Made by a program: the position numbers and the translations under genes
NCBI RefSeq assembly: GCF_000181795.1
Contig: NW_003526943.1
Location: 11,770,007-11,834,006 of the forward strand
DNA from: Trichinella spiralis
Taxonomy: Eukaryota
Direction: 5' to 3'
DNA length: 64,000 nt
Shown here: one piece after another, positions 1 through 14,000 of the stretch
Position numbering within the stretch: the first letter of the stretch is position 1
Layout of the letters: each line of letters starts with the position of its first letter
The notes under the pieces: generated by a model
Told to the model about the DNA's origin: nothing
Databases searched by the model: none
What the model saw: the letters and a program-made list of their open reading frames with translations, nothing else

Positions 1-63
1 TCCAAGTATTTATTGTAGCAGGATAGTGTAGGTAGGGTTTTTTAAAGAAATATTTCCTTTCAT

Positions 64-550
64 TTATTCCAAACTTTTGATATAATCAACTGCTCTTCTT
101 TTTATTCGTGGCAAAAGATTAACATGATCCTCGGCACATTTGGACACGCACTCGTTGAACATCTTCTCCATGGCTGTCACACTTTTCGTCTCATTTTTAC
201 TTTTGGAATTCAACTTGTCCTCAACTGCATCCTTGCATTGCATGCTGCATCGATTCAACCTATCCTTAAAAAAATCAATAAATATTATTATAAAAAAAGA
301 AGATATTTTTAATTTCAAAAACTTGAAAATTTTGCAGTTCATTTGTCATATACTGTTGCACCATGTGCACTCGTCTTGCACACTGCGTCACGCAGTGCTG
401 CATCGATTCCATGCTCGCTTTGCCATCGTCACAACAATCCGAAGAACACAAATACATCTGCTTTTGTAATTTACGCAAATATTCTCGATCTAAACTATCC
501 AGCATTTCGTCAGTTGCTTCTTGAATCTTCTTCTGTATTGAATCAGTCAT
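64..550 (-). CDS. FAM136A: FAM136A family protein, 2 exons (550-323, 264-64)
   Basis: Spliced translation MTDSIQKKIQEATDEMLDSLDREYLRKLQKQMYLCSSDCCDD...ELQNFQ|DRLNRCSMQCKD...FNECVSKCAEDHVNLLPRIKRR matches the FAM136A Cys pattern. GT-AG intron 322-265. Confidence 0.92.
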
Positions 551-1587
551 TTTCACAAGAGCAGTGGATGCTATTGATTTATTTTTAATTAAAAACTGAA
601 ATTAAACCAATCATATAACAAATGAAGTCGAAATGACCATTGCAACACAGTAAAAAAAGAAAACTTCATTTTTCATCGTTCGCAAAAAGATAAACAATGA
701 ATTGCTAATTATTCACAATACTACGATGTGACATTTTGATAATTTGAAAAATGTTTGAATTTTATCAAAATTAAAATCACATTCATCGACATGACACTCG
801 GAAGTCCGATAAAAATATTTCCCTATTCCAACGCTGTAGCACTGATATTTTCAATTGTATTACATAAGTTGAACAAAAACACGCAACAATTGTCAAATAC
901 ATGATCAAGTAATGTAATTTCACAAGCTAACAATAATTTTTCAATAAAAATTTAAAACAGTAAAATACAACTGAATGCTTCACTTAATTTAATCTAAAAA
1001 TATGCTTTTTTAAACTGCATTTCTGCATATGCCTATTGAAGTTAAAATAAAATCAAAAAAAGCAGCGGCACGTAAAATGTGTGAAAACCGTTTTAAATTG
1101 TCTTTTTCTATAGTTGCAATATTTTAATGACAGTATGTGATTTTCAGGATTGTCATACTAAAAAGTGCTTCTCAAGTTGCATTATAATCTTCAGCTTAAT
1201 ATTTTTTTAACTTTCTGGATTGAGAAGTCATGAAAATATTTTTTTTAATCATATAATTTATAAACAAAATGCTTTTTTAATATAAAACATTGAAAAATGA
1301 ATAAAAAAGTAACAAATGCAATGAAAATAATATAAGAACATTTAAAAGTTATGCTTAGTTTTTAAATAGGATTACTTGCCATTGTTGCATATAACGTCTA
1401 TATAATTTGTTCAGCAATTTAAGTAATTATTTGAAAATACTTGGCATATTTTTTATTTTTCAAAAGGTCATTTTCAATATAATAAAAGGTGTTGATGTTA
1501 TTTTGGACTAACTGATAATTTTTATGCTTAAAAATTACAGATTAGTAAAGTTTTAGAAAGATTAAATGTTGAATTATGCTAAAGGTT

Positions 1588-1802
1588 CAGGGGTTCTCAA
1601 CCGGAGAAAGGATTTTCGGATTTCAGGGGAGGGGGGAAATGTAACTGAAGTAAATGTACAGGCACCAGTATAATGATAAATATATTTTCAATTAAGTTTG
1701 CATTATTTGAAGCCAAACATTCTACAAAGGGAGGAGGAGCAGGAATGACGTTTTGAAAAAGGGCAAAAAGGGTCCGTGGGGAAAAAAGATTGAGAGCCAC
1801 TG
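1588..1802. mobile_element. Short non-autonomous hAT (Charlie-like) MITE
   Basis: Imperfect TIRs CAGGGGTTCTCAACC and GATTGAGAGCCACTG (12/15 match), resembling CAGTGGTTCTCAA hAT ends. Less AT-rich than flanks. The 8-bp TSD is degenerate (taaaggtt vs tactagat). Confidence 0.6.
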
Positions 1803-4800
1803 TACTAGATATTAATTATTATTTTTTAAGCTTATCTGAATAATTACTATTTGTAAAATTGCTTTACGTTGGCAGTTCACTCTGAATTGCAAAGTAGAGT
1901 TTGCTTTTCAAGTTTGGGTCGAAGTTTTGTTTGCTTTTGGACAAAAGAGCGTTTAAAATTTTTTCCAGTTTTCAATCACTGAGAAAATAAAGTGCTGCTA
2001 TCATTTGATAAATTTTTACTCAAGCAACGTTCCTACTGAAATGTTTCGCTTTTCCACTAAACGAAATCGCAGATATTCTTTTTTGTAAGTTTTTGAAGTT
2101 CATATATATTATTATTAATTCATTTTCAATTGTTTATAAAACTCTACAACAAAGTATTAATTTTCTATTTAAATTATAAAAAACAGGATAAAAGTACAAA
2201 AGGATTGTTTGTTATATGCAAAATGAAATACTGCTGTGAAATGTTATCAATTATTTTTCTTGTAAATAATTTATATAGAGTTATATATTTTGAAATTAAA
2301 TGATCAACTTGAAGGGAAACTTTAAAATGGAATTTTTCCTTTTTTCTTGTAAGTCGTAAGAAATAATTTTACACGTATCTTCCTTGTTGAATGAAAGAAT
2401 AAAGTTGCATGCGACAACTTGTCAAAGGTTTTGTTGAAAAATGCATCATTTAACTGCTTTGTTGCCAGCTGATGCAATTTTTCTGCAAATATTTAACAAA
2501 ATCGACAAAATCACATTTCACCATATTTTATTTCATGACGTTCGTTGGGAAATGTCAGTCTTCTTCTTTTTAATTTTGCAATGCTTATTTCCAATCATCT
2601 ACATTTATATATGATTATCAATTTATTTTTGAATTTATAAATTAATCTAATTATATTAGAAGTATAAAATTTTTGTTATTTTAATTTTGTAAATAAATAT
2701 TCGTTCAATAATAAAAGAAATAATAATGTTTTTGATTTAAATATGCTTTGAAATTTTAAAAGTTAATTCTAATTTTAAGAGAAAAAAGCAACAATAAAAA
2801 AATTAATGGAACATTTAACTTAATTTAATTGATGATAAGTTGTACTAGTAGTGGAATAGTAGTGGAAAATTTTCTCCTACACGTTCAATGTCAGCTTTAT
2901 TTAATGAGTTATCGACTTTCTCTGGTTAAATCAGAATTTGCCAATACTTTATGTGGCAGTTTATTGTTGCATGGTAGAAAATTTGTCACACAAGGACTTC
3001 TGAAGAAACTACTGTCGAAGAAGCATATATCTTTTTATTCTTTGTATTTTGTTGTTAATCAACTTTTCATCCCAGTCAAAATAATTGGTAATTTGTCTTT
3101 TTAATTAATTCATTTATTTTTCATAATTAATAACAATGAGAACATCCTGTTATTTTATTGACTGCTTCGATCAAGTAGAAATATACAACAGAACGAAACA
3201 ATTTTAAAAATAAGCATTGAACAACAAATTTTATTTCAAATTATAATAATTTGCAATTCAGTTGAAAATTTATTTATTTATTTTTTGTTTAACAAAATGT
3301 CATAGAATATATTTTTTATGATTTAAAATTTAAAACAATTTTGCACATGTACACGTTTAAATCTAGACTGACTAATAATAAATATTTTGTTTATTTATCA
3401 AGATTTTATGCAAATGTGATGTCGTGTTGTAATGTAATGTGGAAATGTGTTGTGTTAATATAAATCGATAACTTAAAAAGGACTTAAAAGTTTGTTTCCG
3501 GCAAATTTAATCATCCAGCACTGCTATCGATTGCAGCATTAGCATCAGCAGCGGTTGTACTAGAAGCAGCAGCATCATCAGCAGTTGAAAAGCTTTGAAA
3601 GAACAAGCGACAGCATATTCGCTTACATAACATCACAGCGCACAACTTTCAATCACAATTACTGCAATTTTTGCATATTTAACTTAAAAATGCAAGTGCG
3701 TTATCGCTTTTTCATAAATTTCTTCCATTTTTTATTTGCACATAGTTTTGGTCTTTTAGTATTATTTATTGTCTTGACTTTCTTGATTTTTTTCTTTTTT
3801 CTCTCCAGTTGTTCCATAGAATATAATAATTGGTAAATACTGTTTATAAAATTTTTCTAGTCGAATCAATTTAATCTTCAAATATTTGAAAACAGCAATA
3901 TAATCTATATAATATTGTATTGAATATAAAATTAATTTTAATTCATTTTTACTTGACTACTATTAGACTATTAAAAGCTAAAAAATAAAAAAAACATTAT
4001 TGAATCATATCATTTTTTAAATATACTTTGCATAACGATAATTATTATAATAATGTTCCTTTTTGCAAATTGTCACGTTCACATTCTGGTAAGTTTTAAT
4101 TTTTTATTAGCACCATTCACCATGACTACAAATGCCAAATTGATGTTCTTCTTTTATTTTCTAAATAAATATTAAATGAATTTTTCACATTTCTTCTTAT
4201 TTTAATTGAATTTTTCTCAATATTAATCTATTCAAAATTATTGTAATTGTAATTTGATATTTTCAACTGTTGCTGATTATTCATATAGATTTACATTTAA
4301 ACTTCAAATATAACTCTACTTTTGAAACATTACATTACATTGCATTGCATTGTGTGGAAATAGCTATTAATAATTAAATATTAAATGTAAAAAAGAGAAA
4401 AAAACTAGCAGCATAGTAGAATAAATTCAAATATATGAAACTAGTCGAGCTAGCGGCGTGAAAAGTTTCAAATTAGAGATGAAAATTAAAATCATTTTGA
4501 CCAAATTTTGTAACCCAATAAAATATCATGTAATAATGCAAACGAAAACAAACTAGCTGCTTTTATTATTTTTTTTAACTTGCTTCATTGAAAGTTTTCC
4601 AAATAAATGGGGGTCAATTATTAGAATATATTTCGTTCTTTTTTTCTATTTTTGCATCAATTTTAAATCATATTTAAAAAACAGAGTAAGAATGCTTCGA
4701 ATGTTTACATGATGCAGGTAAAAAAATGACTCGTGCCATTCTTATGTTATGCAAATTGTAAATGTTATGCATGCAATGAAATTGCTTGTTCATTTTCTGA

Positions 4801-5041
4801 CGCACACGCACATCTTATGGGAGTTTTTCAAATTAATTTTATTCATTTACTTTAATAAGCTTTAATAATTTTTATTACAAAATTTTATCTTTGAAAATGA
4901 ACAATATAGCAAGATTTAATTTCAAGTTTCTCATCATAAAAGTATGTGCAATGTATATGAAAAAATTTGTTGATTTACATTTTTTATGTTCAAATTATGA
5001 AATATAAAAAAATAAACATGGACAATTTTTGTTGCAGAAAA

Positions 5042-8000
5042 ATGACTAAAGAGCCTGGTTTCTGCTCCCAGTTGGGAACTTTATTGCAAAAGAATATAAT
5101 CATTCGAGTTCGAACAAAAGTGAGTGGTATTTTTAAATTTGTAAATTATTCTATTATAAAAATTTGTTCAGATTCTTCTTGTTACTGAATTGTTATGGCC
5201 CCTCATATTTTTCCTGTTTCTTTTACTAATCAGACATTCCACGGTTGTTATCAAACAACCTCAGTGTGAGTAATTTTAAATTTTAATTTAATCGCTTTTT
5301 ATTCTTGATTAAAAATTATTCCTACGTTTCAGGTACTTATGAACCGAAAGCTTTGCCAAGCGCTGGATGGTTTTCACTGTTTCAATCCTACTTTTGTACA
5401 TTATCCAACAAATGTGTAAACCATTCTATATCAGATATGGATTTGGGTGCACCTGGAAAAAACCTACCGTAAGTTGGTTCAAAAATATAAATATATTTTC
5501 ATTTTATTATTTTTAGTATAAACAATTTCATAGCCAATATCAGATTAGCATTTTACAATGAAAGTGTTCTACAAGAAACTCTGAGTTTTTTGGATGACGT
5601 TGAAGATGTTGTGAATAAGTTTTCAATGCTGGACAGTTTTCAAGGCAATTTCAATGGAGTCAATATTGCAGACTTTTTCACAAAAGGGGATGATATGATG
5701 ATCGATTTGATTCTTCACGACAAAGGATTAGAATATGACGCCATCGAAAGTTTGCTCAACAGTACATTGACTCGAAAGTTCTTTACTGATTTTATTGAAG
5801 AATTTTACAAAGTAAGCAACATTTTACAACATAATTTGCATTGTATTTTATGCAGTTAAATATTTAATGTTCATGAGTTATTCTAATTCAATTAATTGTT
5901 TAATCACTTTCAGATTTGAAAATTCAATTCAATTCAATTTTACACAATTTATAAATATTCAATAACTTCGGTTTGTTAGTTTAATCTTTGTTAATTTTTG
6001 CGCTAGAATTAATTTGTTTTATTCAAAAAAAAGAGAAACAGATTTTACTTTTAGAAATTTAAAACCCTGAAATTACAAAGAGATGATTTACCACTGGCAG
6101 CTATAAGTATTTTAAATAAAATGCTCTGCACAGAAGAATTATTTTCAAATTATATTTCAATAAGAAGCAACTCCAACATATCCGAATCGAATCTGGAGAT
6201 GAAGAAGTTGTTGCAAAATTTTATGTGCAAAAAATTTCCCATCGAAATTTTCTACCGACAAAATGTTATGAATCGCACAGCACATATAGAAATTGTGAGT
6301 GCTTGCTATAAAATTTGAATTATAAATTATTTCGACCATTTTCAGGCAAATCTTATTCTTGGAAACATGACCGGCTTGAAAATAAATACCACCGAAGCAA
6401 GCAGTTTATATATTACTACTAGCCAATTTTTTGAAAAAATGGTATGAATATTTTAAAAAACATTAATTAACCTAATTTTCCTTTTCAAGAAATCATCTGA
6501 ATTGGCCAACAATGCTCTTGCTCTGTGGAAACATTTTCTATTACATAGTGCGACAAATTCATCTCTCGCAAAAAATTCGACGTTTAAAAATCTTGATCTT
6601 GCCAGCCACATGTTTTGCGGAGGTACATTATCAGGTAATTTATCAATTTGTACATTTTACTATATGCGACATTCAATAATTCACATTTGTGACATTATAA
6701 AATTTTCAAATTTTAACTTTTAAATTGCATGAGCTTTTCAAAATACTTATTATTTTATAAAATTGTTTATGATTAAAGCAGAAAATGCGCATTTCATATT
6801 TTGGAATTTTCTTAAACTTGAATAATGTATTACTGTAAATGATGATTTTTAAAAAACTTTTTTAGATAAATAACTTTTTTGAAAAGAATAAATAATATTT
6901 TTAAGGAATGGATAATATATTTAAAATTCAAAAAAAGTTAGAACAACTGCGTGAACAAATGATAAGAACAGACCCAAGGTACATTGATACAATGCGGCAA
7001 TCAGGAGTGCAGCTTGGTGACGATCCTAACATAGTGTTACCGTGGAATCTTTACAATCAAACTGTAATATGTGATCATTTTGAACATGAAATTATTGGTA
7101 TGATAATTATATTTAAGAATTTTATTTAACATTTTTATTTCTTTAAGAAATGTTTGAATCATTTTTTACAAAATTAAATAGTTTAATATTATAAATGGAC
7201 AGTTGTCTTTGAAAAGAAAATTTAACATTTTTGATATTCAGAAGATAAATGTTGGCTGTGGTTACAACAATACAATTTACCGCATGATTTTACAATGCAG
7301 CTTTTTACTCTTTTTCGTGGATATATTCTGGTCGCTCCTTCTAGTCCAATAGTGAACAGAGTGATGTCAGACGTAACAATATTTTTCTGATAAAATAAAT
7401 TTTCATTTTTCAAGCATAAATGTTTCGTAATTTAGATGAGCAATCAACTTGTTTTGATTGATTATTTTTGTCAATCATTTCTTCACTGGTATGACAATAT
7501 GGAAAAGTACGCTGAGGTTTTTAAAGAAAGCAAATTCTTCAAAGTAGTCGGTGTAAGTTTTTCTTGCAAATAATAATTTCATTTTGATAATGTTTTTATT
7601 TTGTTTTTTGAGAATTTTGCGAGATTTTTCATCACTTTGCATGAAACAGCAAATATTTTTCAAAATTATACTTATGGAGAAGCAATATTAAAATTATTTT
7701 ATAAATTATCCGAAAACAATTGGCAAAACAAAACAGTCACCTACATGCGAGAACACTTATCTCATTTGCATAATATGATAAAGGTGAAAAAATAAAAAAG
7801 AATTGTTTGTAATTAAAATATTGAAAAAATTAATATTCTGTTTAGTGTTTTCGTCAAGATCGTTTTGTGCTCATGAAATCTGAAAATGAAGTAGAAAGAG
7901 CTGCGTCGTGTCTTACAAAGACATACCAATTTTTTTTGGCTATTGTTTTCGACGAATTGGATAACAATTCAACTGCTTTACCAAAGTTTACAAAATATAA

Positions 8001-11000
8001 AATTCGAATGGCCAGCTATTTAGTAGACAGTACAAGTCAAATTATGGACAGGTAATTTTAAAATGAAAAGAAAAATTTAATTCAATTTATAGTAATAGAA
8101 AGTTATTTTTTTTAAACCCTACCCTGTTAACTTTAAGATGATGTTCTGCTGTTCGTTTAATTTATAGTTTGTGGAATCCGCGACCAAGAGACAGACCATT
8201 TATAGACTTAAAATATTTATATTTTGGATTTTCATTTGTGCAAGATATTGTCGACCGGATCATAATTTCATTTCATACCAATAAAACAGCACCAAGAGTT
8301 GGCATGTATGCCCAACAATTTCCAAGTAACTGTGACCTAATTGATCTGTAAGATTGACTTTGTATAACTTTGAACATGTGCATTATTAATTTGATTTTTC
8401 ATTTTTAAGCTTTATTAAATCAATTGAACGCTCATTTCCAATGTTCATGACTTTATCTTGGATGTTCAGTGTTGCAATTACATTGAAAAATATGGTAGAG
8501 GAGAAACAGTACAGATTGAAAGAGTTTATGAAAATAATGGGCTTGAAAACGAGTGCTTATTGGCTATCTTGGTTTATTCAAACTTTTGTTATGTTATTAC
8601 TGTCAGCTTGCCTAATTGTCATCACAGTTATTGTATGCATTGATATTCTGTTTTTTAAATTAATTCAGCACGTTATGCTTTTAGCAAGGCAACATTTTGC
8701 AGTATACTGACGCAAGTTGTCTTTTTTTGTTTCTTGCTGCTTATGCATTTTCAATTGTTTCGCAATGCTTTTTCATTTCAACATTGTTCAGCCAAGCAAA
8801 TTTAGCTGCAGCTGTTGGTGCATTGATCTATTTTGCATTGTTTCTTCCATATCCTTCCGTACTTCCTTACCTGAAAAATATGACATTTCTTCAGCAATGT
8901 TCTCTGGTAAATGTTCAATGATTTTAAATATGTAAATTGTTTTTTATTGATTTAATCAATGTATAATTTTTAATTTCAGTGTTTAATTGCTCAAGTAGCA
9001 TTCGGCTGGGGCTGCTCATTTATTGCGTTATATGAAGAAGGCATGCAAGGCTTGCAGTGGTCTACTCTTTTCTTGCCTTTGACAGCGGATCATCGACTTA
9101 GTTTCGGTTTTGTATTAATAATGCTAATATTTGATGGTATCTTGTATCTCATATTTACTTGGTATATTGAAAATGTTTTTCCTGGTATAAATTATGCACA
9201 AGTGTTTGAATGTTCCATTAACGAAACAGTTTAGGTGCTTACGGTATTCCAAAGCCATGGTTATTTTTTTTCCAACAAAAGTATTGGAGTAGACAAAAAT
9301 CTACCTTGCCAGTTGCTTGTGGTATGATATAAATTGATATTGAATATCATTAATAATTACATTTGATAGATGGAATCAATTCGGAAACAGTGACGGTCAT
9401 TCATGAAAGCAGTTGCAATCCTGTTGGAGTTGCTGTGAGACATTTGACAAAAGTTTATGACAATAAAAAAGCATGCAAAAAAGCATTGTCCAATTTGTCT
9501 GTTAATTTTTATGACAGCGAAATTACCTCAGTTCTTGGTCCAAATGGTGCTGGTAAAACAACGATGATGTAAGCGCTTTGTTTCTTTTCAAGCTATAATT
9601 GCTTATATTTAAAATTTTTGTGAAGGTCAATTATTTGTGGCTTATTTCCAAGCACATCAGGGTCTGTGATTATTTATGGTAAAGACATTTTATCCAACAT
9701 TTCAGAAATACGTCAATCTCTAGGATTTTGTCCTCAGCACAACATATTATTTGACAAGTAAGTGCTTTAATAATTAATAATAGCAACAATAATAATAACA
9801 GTTTTTTATAACTCCTCCACGGTTGTCAAAAGCAGTTTAGATTTCATTTTATAATCTTAAATTTAAAAAGTATGCCTTTTGTGAGAGTAAAATTTATTCA
9901 TAAGTTGCATTACTTTTGGTTAAATAAAATAAAGCAAAGATAAAATGCTTAGTAGTGAAATGTATTGCAGAGAAGTTTCAGAATTTTTAGGAAATTTTTA
10001 CGGAATGACAAATTATAATCACTCATTGCAAAGTTTTTGTAATTATTTTAGCTTAACTGTTGAAGAGCATTTGTGGTTTTATGCAAAATTAAAAGGAATG
10101 CCAACTGCAGAACTAAATGAGGAAATTGAAAATTTTTTGCTTAATACTAAACTTCGGTACAAAAGAAAAGAAATATCTAAAAACCTATCTGGTAAGAAAA
10201 ATATAATTATAATTATAATTAATTTCAGTGTTATGCATTTTCAGGTGGAATGAAAAGAAAATTATCCATATCCATTGCCTTTATTGCCGGTTCCAAAACA
10301 GTGGTTTTGGATGAACCTACAACCGGAGTAGATCCGTATTCTCGTAGATCCATATGGGACATGCTACTCAAATTTAAAAAAGGTTAATAATTTACGGAAA
10401 CTATTACATGTCCTAACTTATTCACATTTAAGGAAGAACAATTATTCTTTCTACTCATTATTTTGATGAAGCTGAAATTTTGGGCGATCGAATAGCTATC
10501 ATTAGTGAAGGTTCATTAAAATGTAGTGGATCGGCAATGTTTTTGAAAACTTATTATGGTTCTGGATATTATTTGACATTAATAAAAAATTCATTTGGAA
10601 AATTGCATCTGGAAAAAGCTCAGCCTGAAGAATTGATCAAATTTGTTTCGAATTACATTCCGAATGCAAAACTTGTCAGATGTTCAGCACAAGAAGTGAA
10701 GTTCATGTTGCCTTCGGTAAATTTACTAGAACTGAAGTCATTGGTAACAGCGTTGGATTCAGAATTGAAAAATATTGGATGTTCTTCTTATGGTTTATCA
10801 GAAAGCAGTTTGGAAGAGGTAAAGAGAAACATCTATTTATAAATGTTTTAATTGTGTAATTTTAGATTTTCAGGCATGAAATTAAAGAATCAGTGAAAGC
10901 TAATAATACTCACAAAAAGCAAAAATTAACAATGCTGAGTTTTAAATATTTGCGGGGTAAAACTGTTTTTCAAATTTTTAAATTATCTTATATCTTATTC

Positions 11001-14000
11001 TATAAATTATCTACTTGTTTATAAATTTGAATGCATTTTTAAAAATAAATTAGCAATAATCTAAATTGCGATGATGTACTCGTTTTAGAAAGAATCAGAA
11101 GTATGCTATCATCGATATCAAAATCTACAACTACCTATAACGCTCAGTCAAAGTATATCAAAGCTGGAAACACAGAAAAGATTGCCGTTTATATAGATGA
11201 GTGCAATGATTCTTTTGATCGTTGTCAGCGGCAGCAGTTGAAATCTGACGTTAAGAAAACTTCAAAATCTGAAATTGCTTGTCATGAAAATGATATGATA
11301 AAAAATTCATCACCTGCATTACTAGTGCGTCGGCATTTTTCAGAAAATTACCCAATAACATTTTATGAATCGATTTGGAGATGTATTCTTTTGCAAGCTG
11401 CAGCGCTTTTTAGAAAACGAACTTTAAACTTTTTTCGTGATTGGAGAACAATATTAAGTGTTGTATGTAACGATTGTATTGTGTTAACAATGTGAAAAAT
11501 TAATTTTCAAATATTTTAGATTCTCTTGCCCATATTGCTGATAACATTAGCATTATATCTTATGTCATTGCGATTTTCATCCTCCTACTTTGAAAAAGAA
11601 TACCAACCGTTAATTCTTGATTCTGATTTATACGGCAGTTCTAATTACTTGTTCTTCGCGTACTTTCATTCGAATTTTGTTTCTTTTTATTTTTTTGAAT
11701 TATATTTGTTTAGTGATTCTGAGCAACAATTTCTTTATCCATACATAACTCAAATGGAGCGTCATGGACCAGGAAATATTTGTATGAATAGATTTTCATT
11801 AGAGTATGTTTTCACTCTGTGTTCATTCAGTTGCAGTTTTGTTTAGTGCTCTTTTCTTATTCTAGAAATTCTGTATCCCAGTGCTCTCCAGATATTTCAG
11901 AATCGGATATATCTTGGAATATATCAAACTTGTCTTATGAAAATTCGTCGAAATGCTTTTGTGGAAAAGACAATACATATATTTGCTCTGAAAATGCATA
12001 TTCATTTCAGCCTCCTGTTGTGAAATCACCGTTCAGTTCAATAGTAAATATGTCTACGCTGAACATAACTGAATGGTTAACGATGACAGAAAAAACATAC
12101 CGAAAGAAAAGGTAAGTAATTTTTGTTTTAAAAACTTCAGTATTACCCAAAATTTTTCAATTTTAAGAAGATTTATATTGAAGAAAGTATCTAAAAGTTT
12201 TTATAATCAAAATGTTGAAAAATTAACTACATCGCTTTACATACAATGCCGCAAAAGTAAGAAGAAAACACACTGTCTAATAAATTTAAAATATATGACA
12301 GATCTAAGCCATATTAAAATCATTCATCTGTTCTATGCTCTGATGCCAGTACTGATTTCTGATGTAAATGTCGTTGTGAATTGTGCAATATATGGAGTAT
12401 TATCGTTTAACATACTGGATAAATTTTAATGAATTGAAGAAGCTTCGGATATTTTTATTTATTTCTCTTCATACCCCCAAGTTAAATATATAATAATTAA
12501 CAAGCGTGGCATCATGCTATTTTAGCAATTATTGTTATTAAGTTCTTAAACAAAAATTTAAAATACTTTTAGATATGGAGGATTCTCTACTGGCCTCCCA
12601 TCTGTGATTACTGTTGAAAATTCATATGCAGATCTCAATGAAACTGTTCAATTGTTGAAGGAGCGCATCTTGAAATTTTTTCAGTCAACAAACATCAACA
12701 TGACAATATTGCAAAATAGTGGTATACATATCCCAACATTTAATACAGATGTTTTCATCAAGCTGATGGAAGACAAGATTCCACAATATAATGTGAAAGT
12801 AATTTTTATCCAAATAATTAAAATAAAAATTAACCAAAAGCTTTACATAGGTTTGGTTTAATAACCAAGGTTGGGCGGCATTTCCGGCTTATTTTTCAGC
12901 ATTCTCAAATGCTTACCTTCAAGGAAATCTTCCATCTAACTCTGACGCCGACGAATATGGAATAGCTGTAATAAATCATCCAATTAAAGGTTATCAGAAA
13001 AGTTCCTTGACGCAAGAAAAAAAGTACGTATCTCTAAAACCACAATTGTCCACTGCGGTTTTCAATTTTATTTTTTAATTGTTATGTAATATTTGATGAA
13101 CAACATAATTTCAGTTCAAATGCATTATTATTATTAATTTACTGTACTGAAAATGACAGTAGTATAGGCATATACATTTAGATTGCAGTTGTATATTTTG
13201 TAATTATCAGTTAAAACTGCATTATATTTAATTTGCTAATTGTATTTTTAAAATTGATATTATTTTGACATTATTGGTATTTTTAGCTGTAGAAATTACT
13301 TTAAATTGATTTGTAAAACATTGATACATTAGGATAACTGCGAATTTTATAATACAGGAAAAACAATTAATCATGAGGCATTGTGAAAAACACATATTAA
13401 ATTTTTATAGAAACAGCGTTGCAGCAGAGCTTGCAATGTGTGTTGCAATTTTGCTTGCATTTTGCTCAGTAACAGCAGGATTTTGTTTACCTGTGGTTGA
13501 AGATCAAAATTCTGATTCCAAACATTTGCAATTTATTTCTGGTATGCGGCCATGGGTTTATTGGTTTGTTAACTTTGCATTTGACATGGTACGTAAAGCT
13601 TCCATGCTTCGTGATAAAATAAATGTCAACTGCATAAAATTATTTTAATTTTAGTCAGTTTATATTTTCACTGTAACACTTACAGTGATTATACTCATTG
13701 CTTTTAATGAAGAACCTTACGTGGCTACATCATACGCAATTTTATTCATGTTTACAATATTCATTGCATTTGGGTTTGTGCAACATTAATATTGAAATTT
13801 TTTAACTATATTCAGTGTTTTTAGGCTTGGAATGCTTCCTATTGTTTACTTATTATCGCAACTATTTAAATCTCCTAGTTTAGCATTTGTTACAGTATTA
13901 ATAATTGGATTTTTTATTGGATCAATAACAAATGTTTTAACAACAGCTTTTGAAATATTAGGCGTTGAAGATGAGGTAATAATGACGATGCAATTTATTT

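Noticed and set aside
124..588. Plus-strand ORFs overlapping FAM136A
   Set aside because: Antisense shadows of the real gene.
2829..3836. Phe/Leu/Ile-rich ORFs upstream of ABCA copy 1
   Set aside because: Composition expected from AT-rich non-coding DNA; non-ATG starts; no recognisable motifs.
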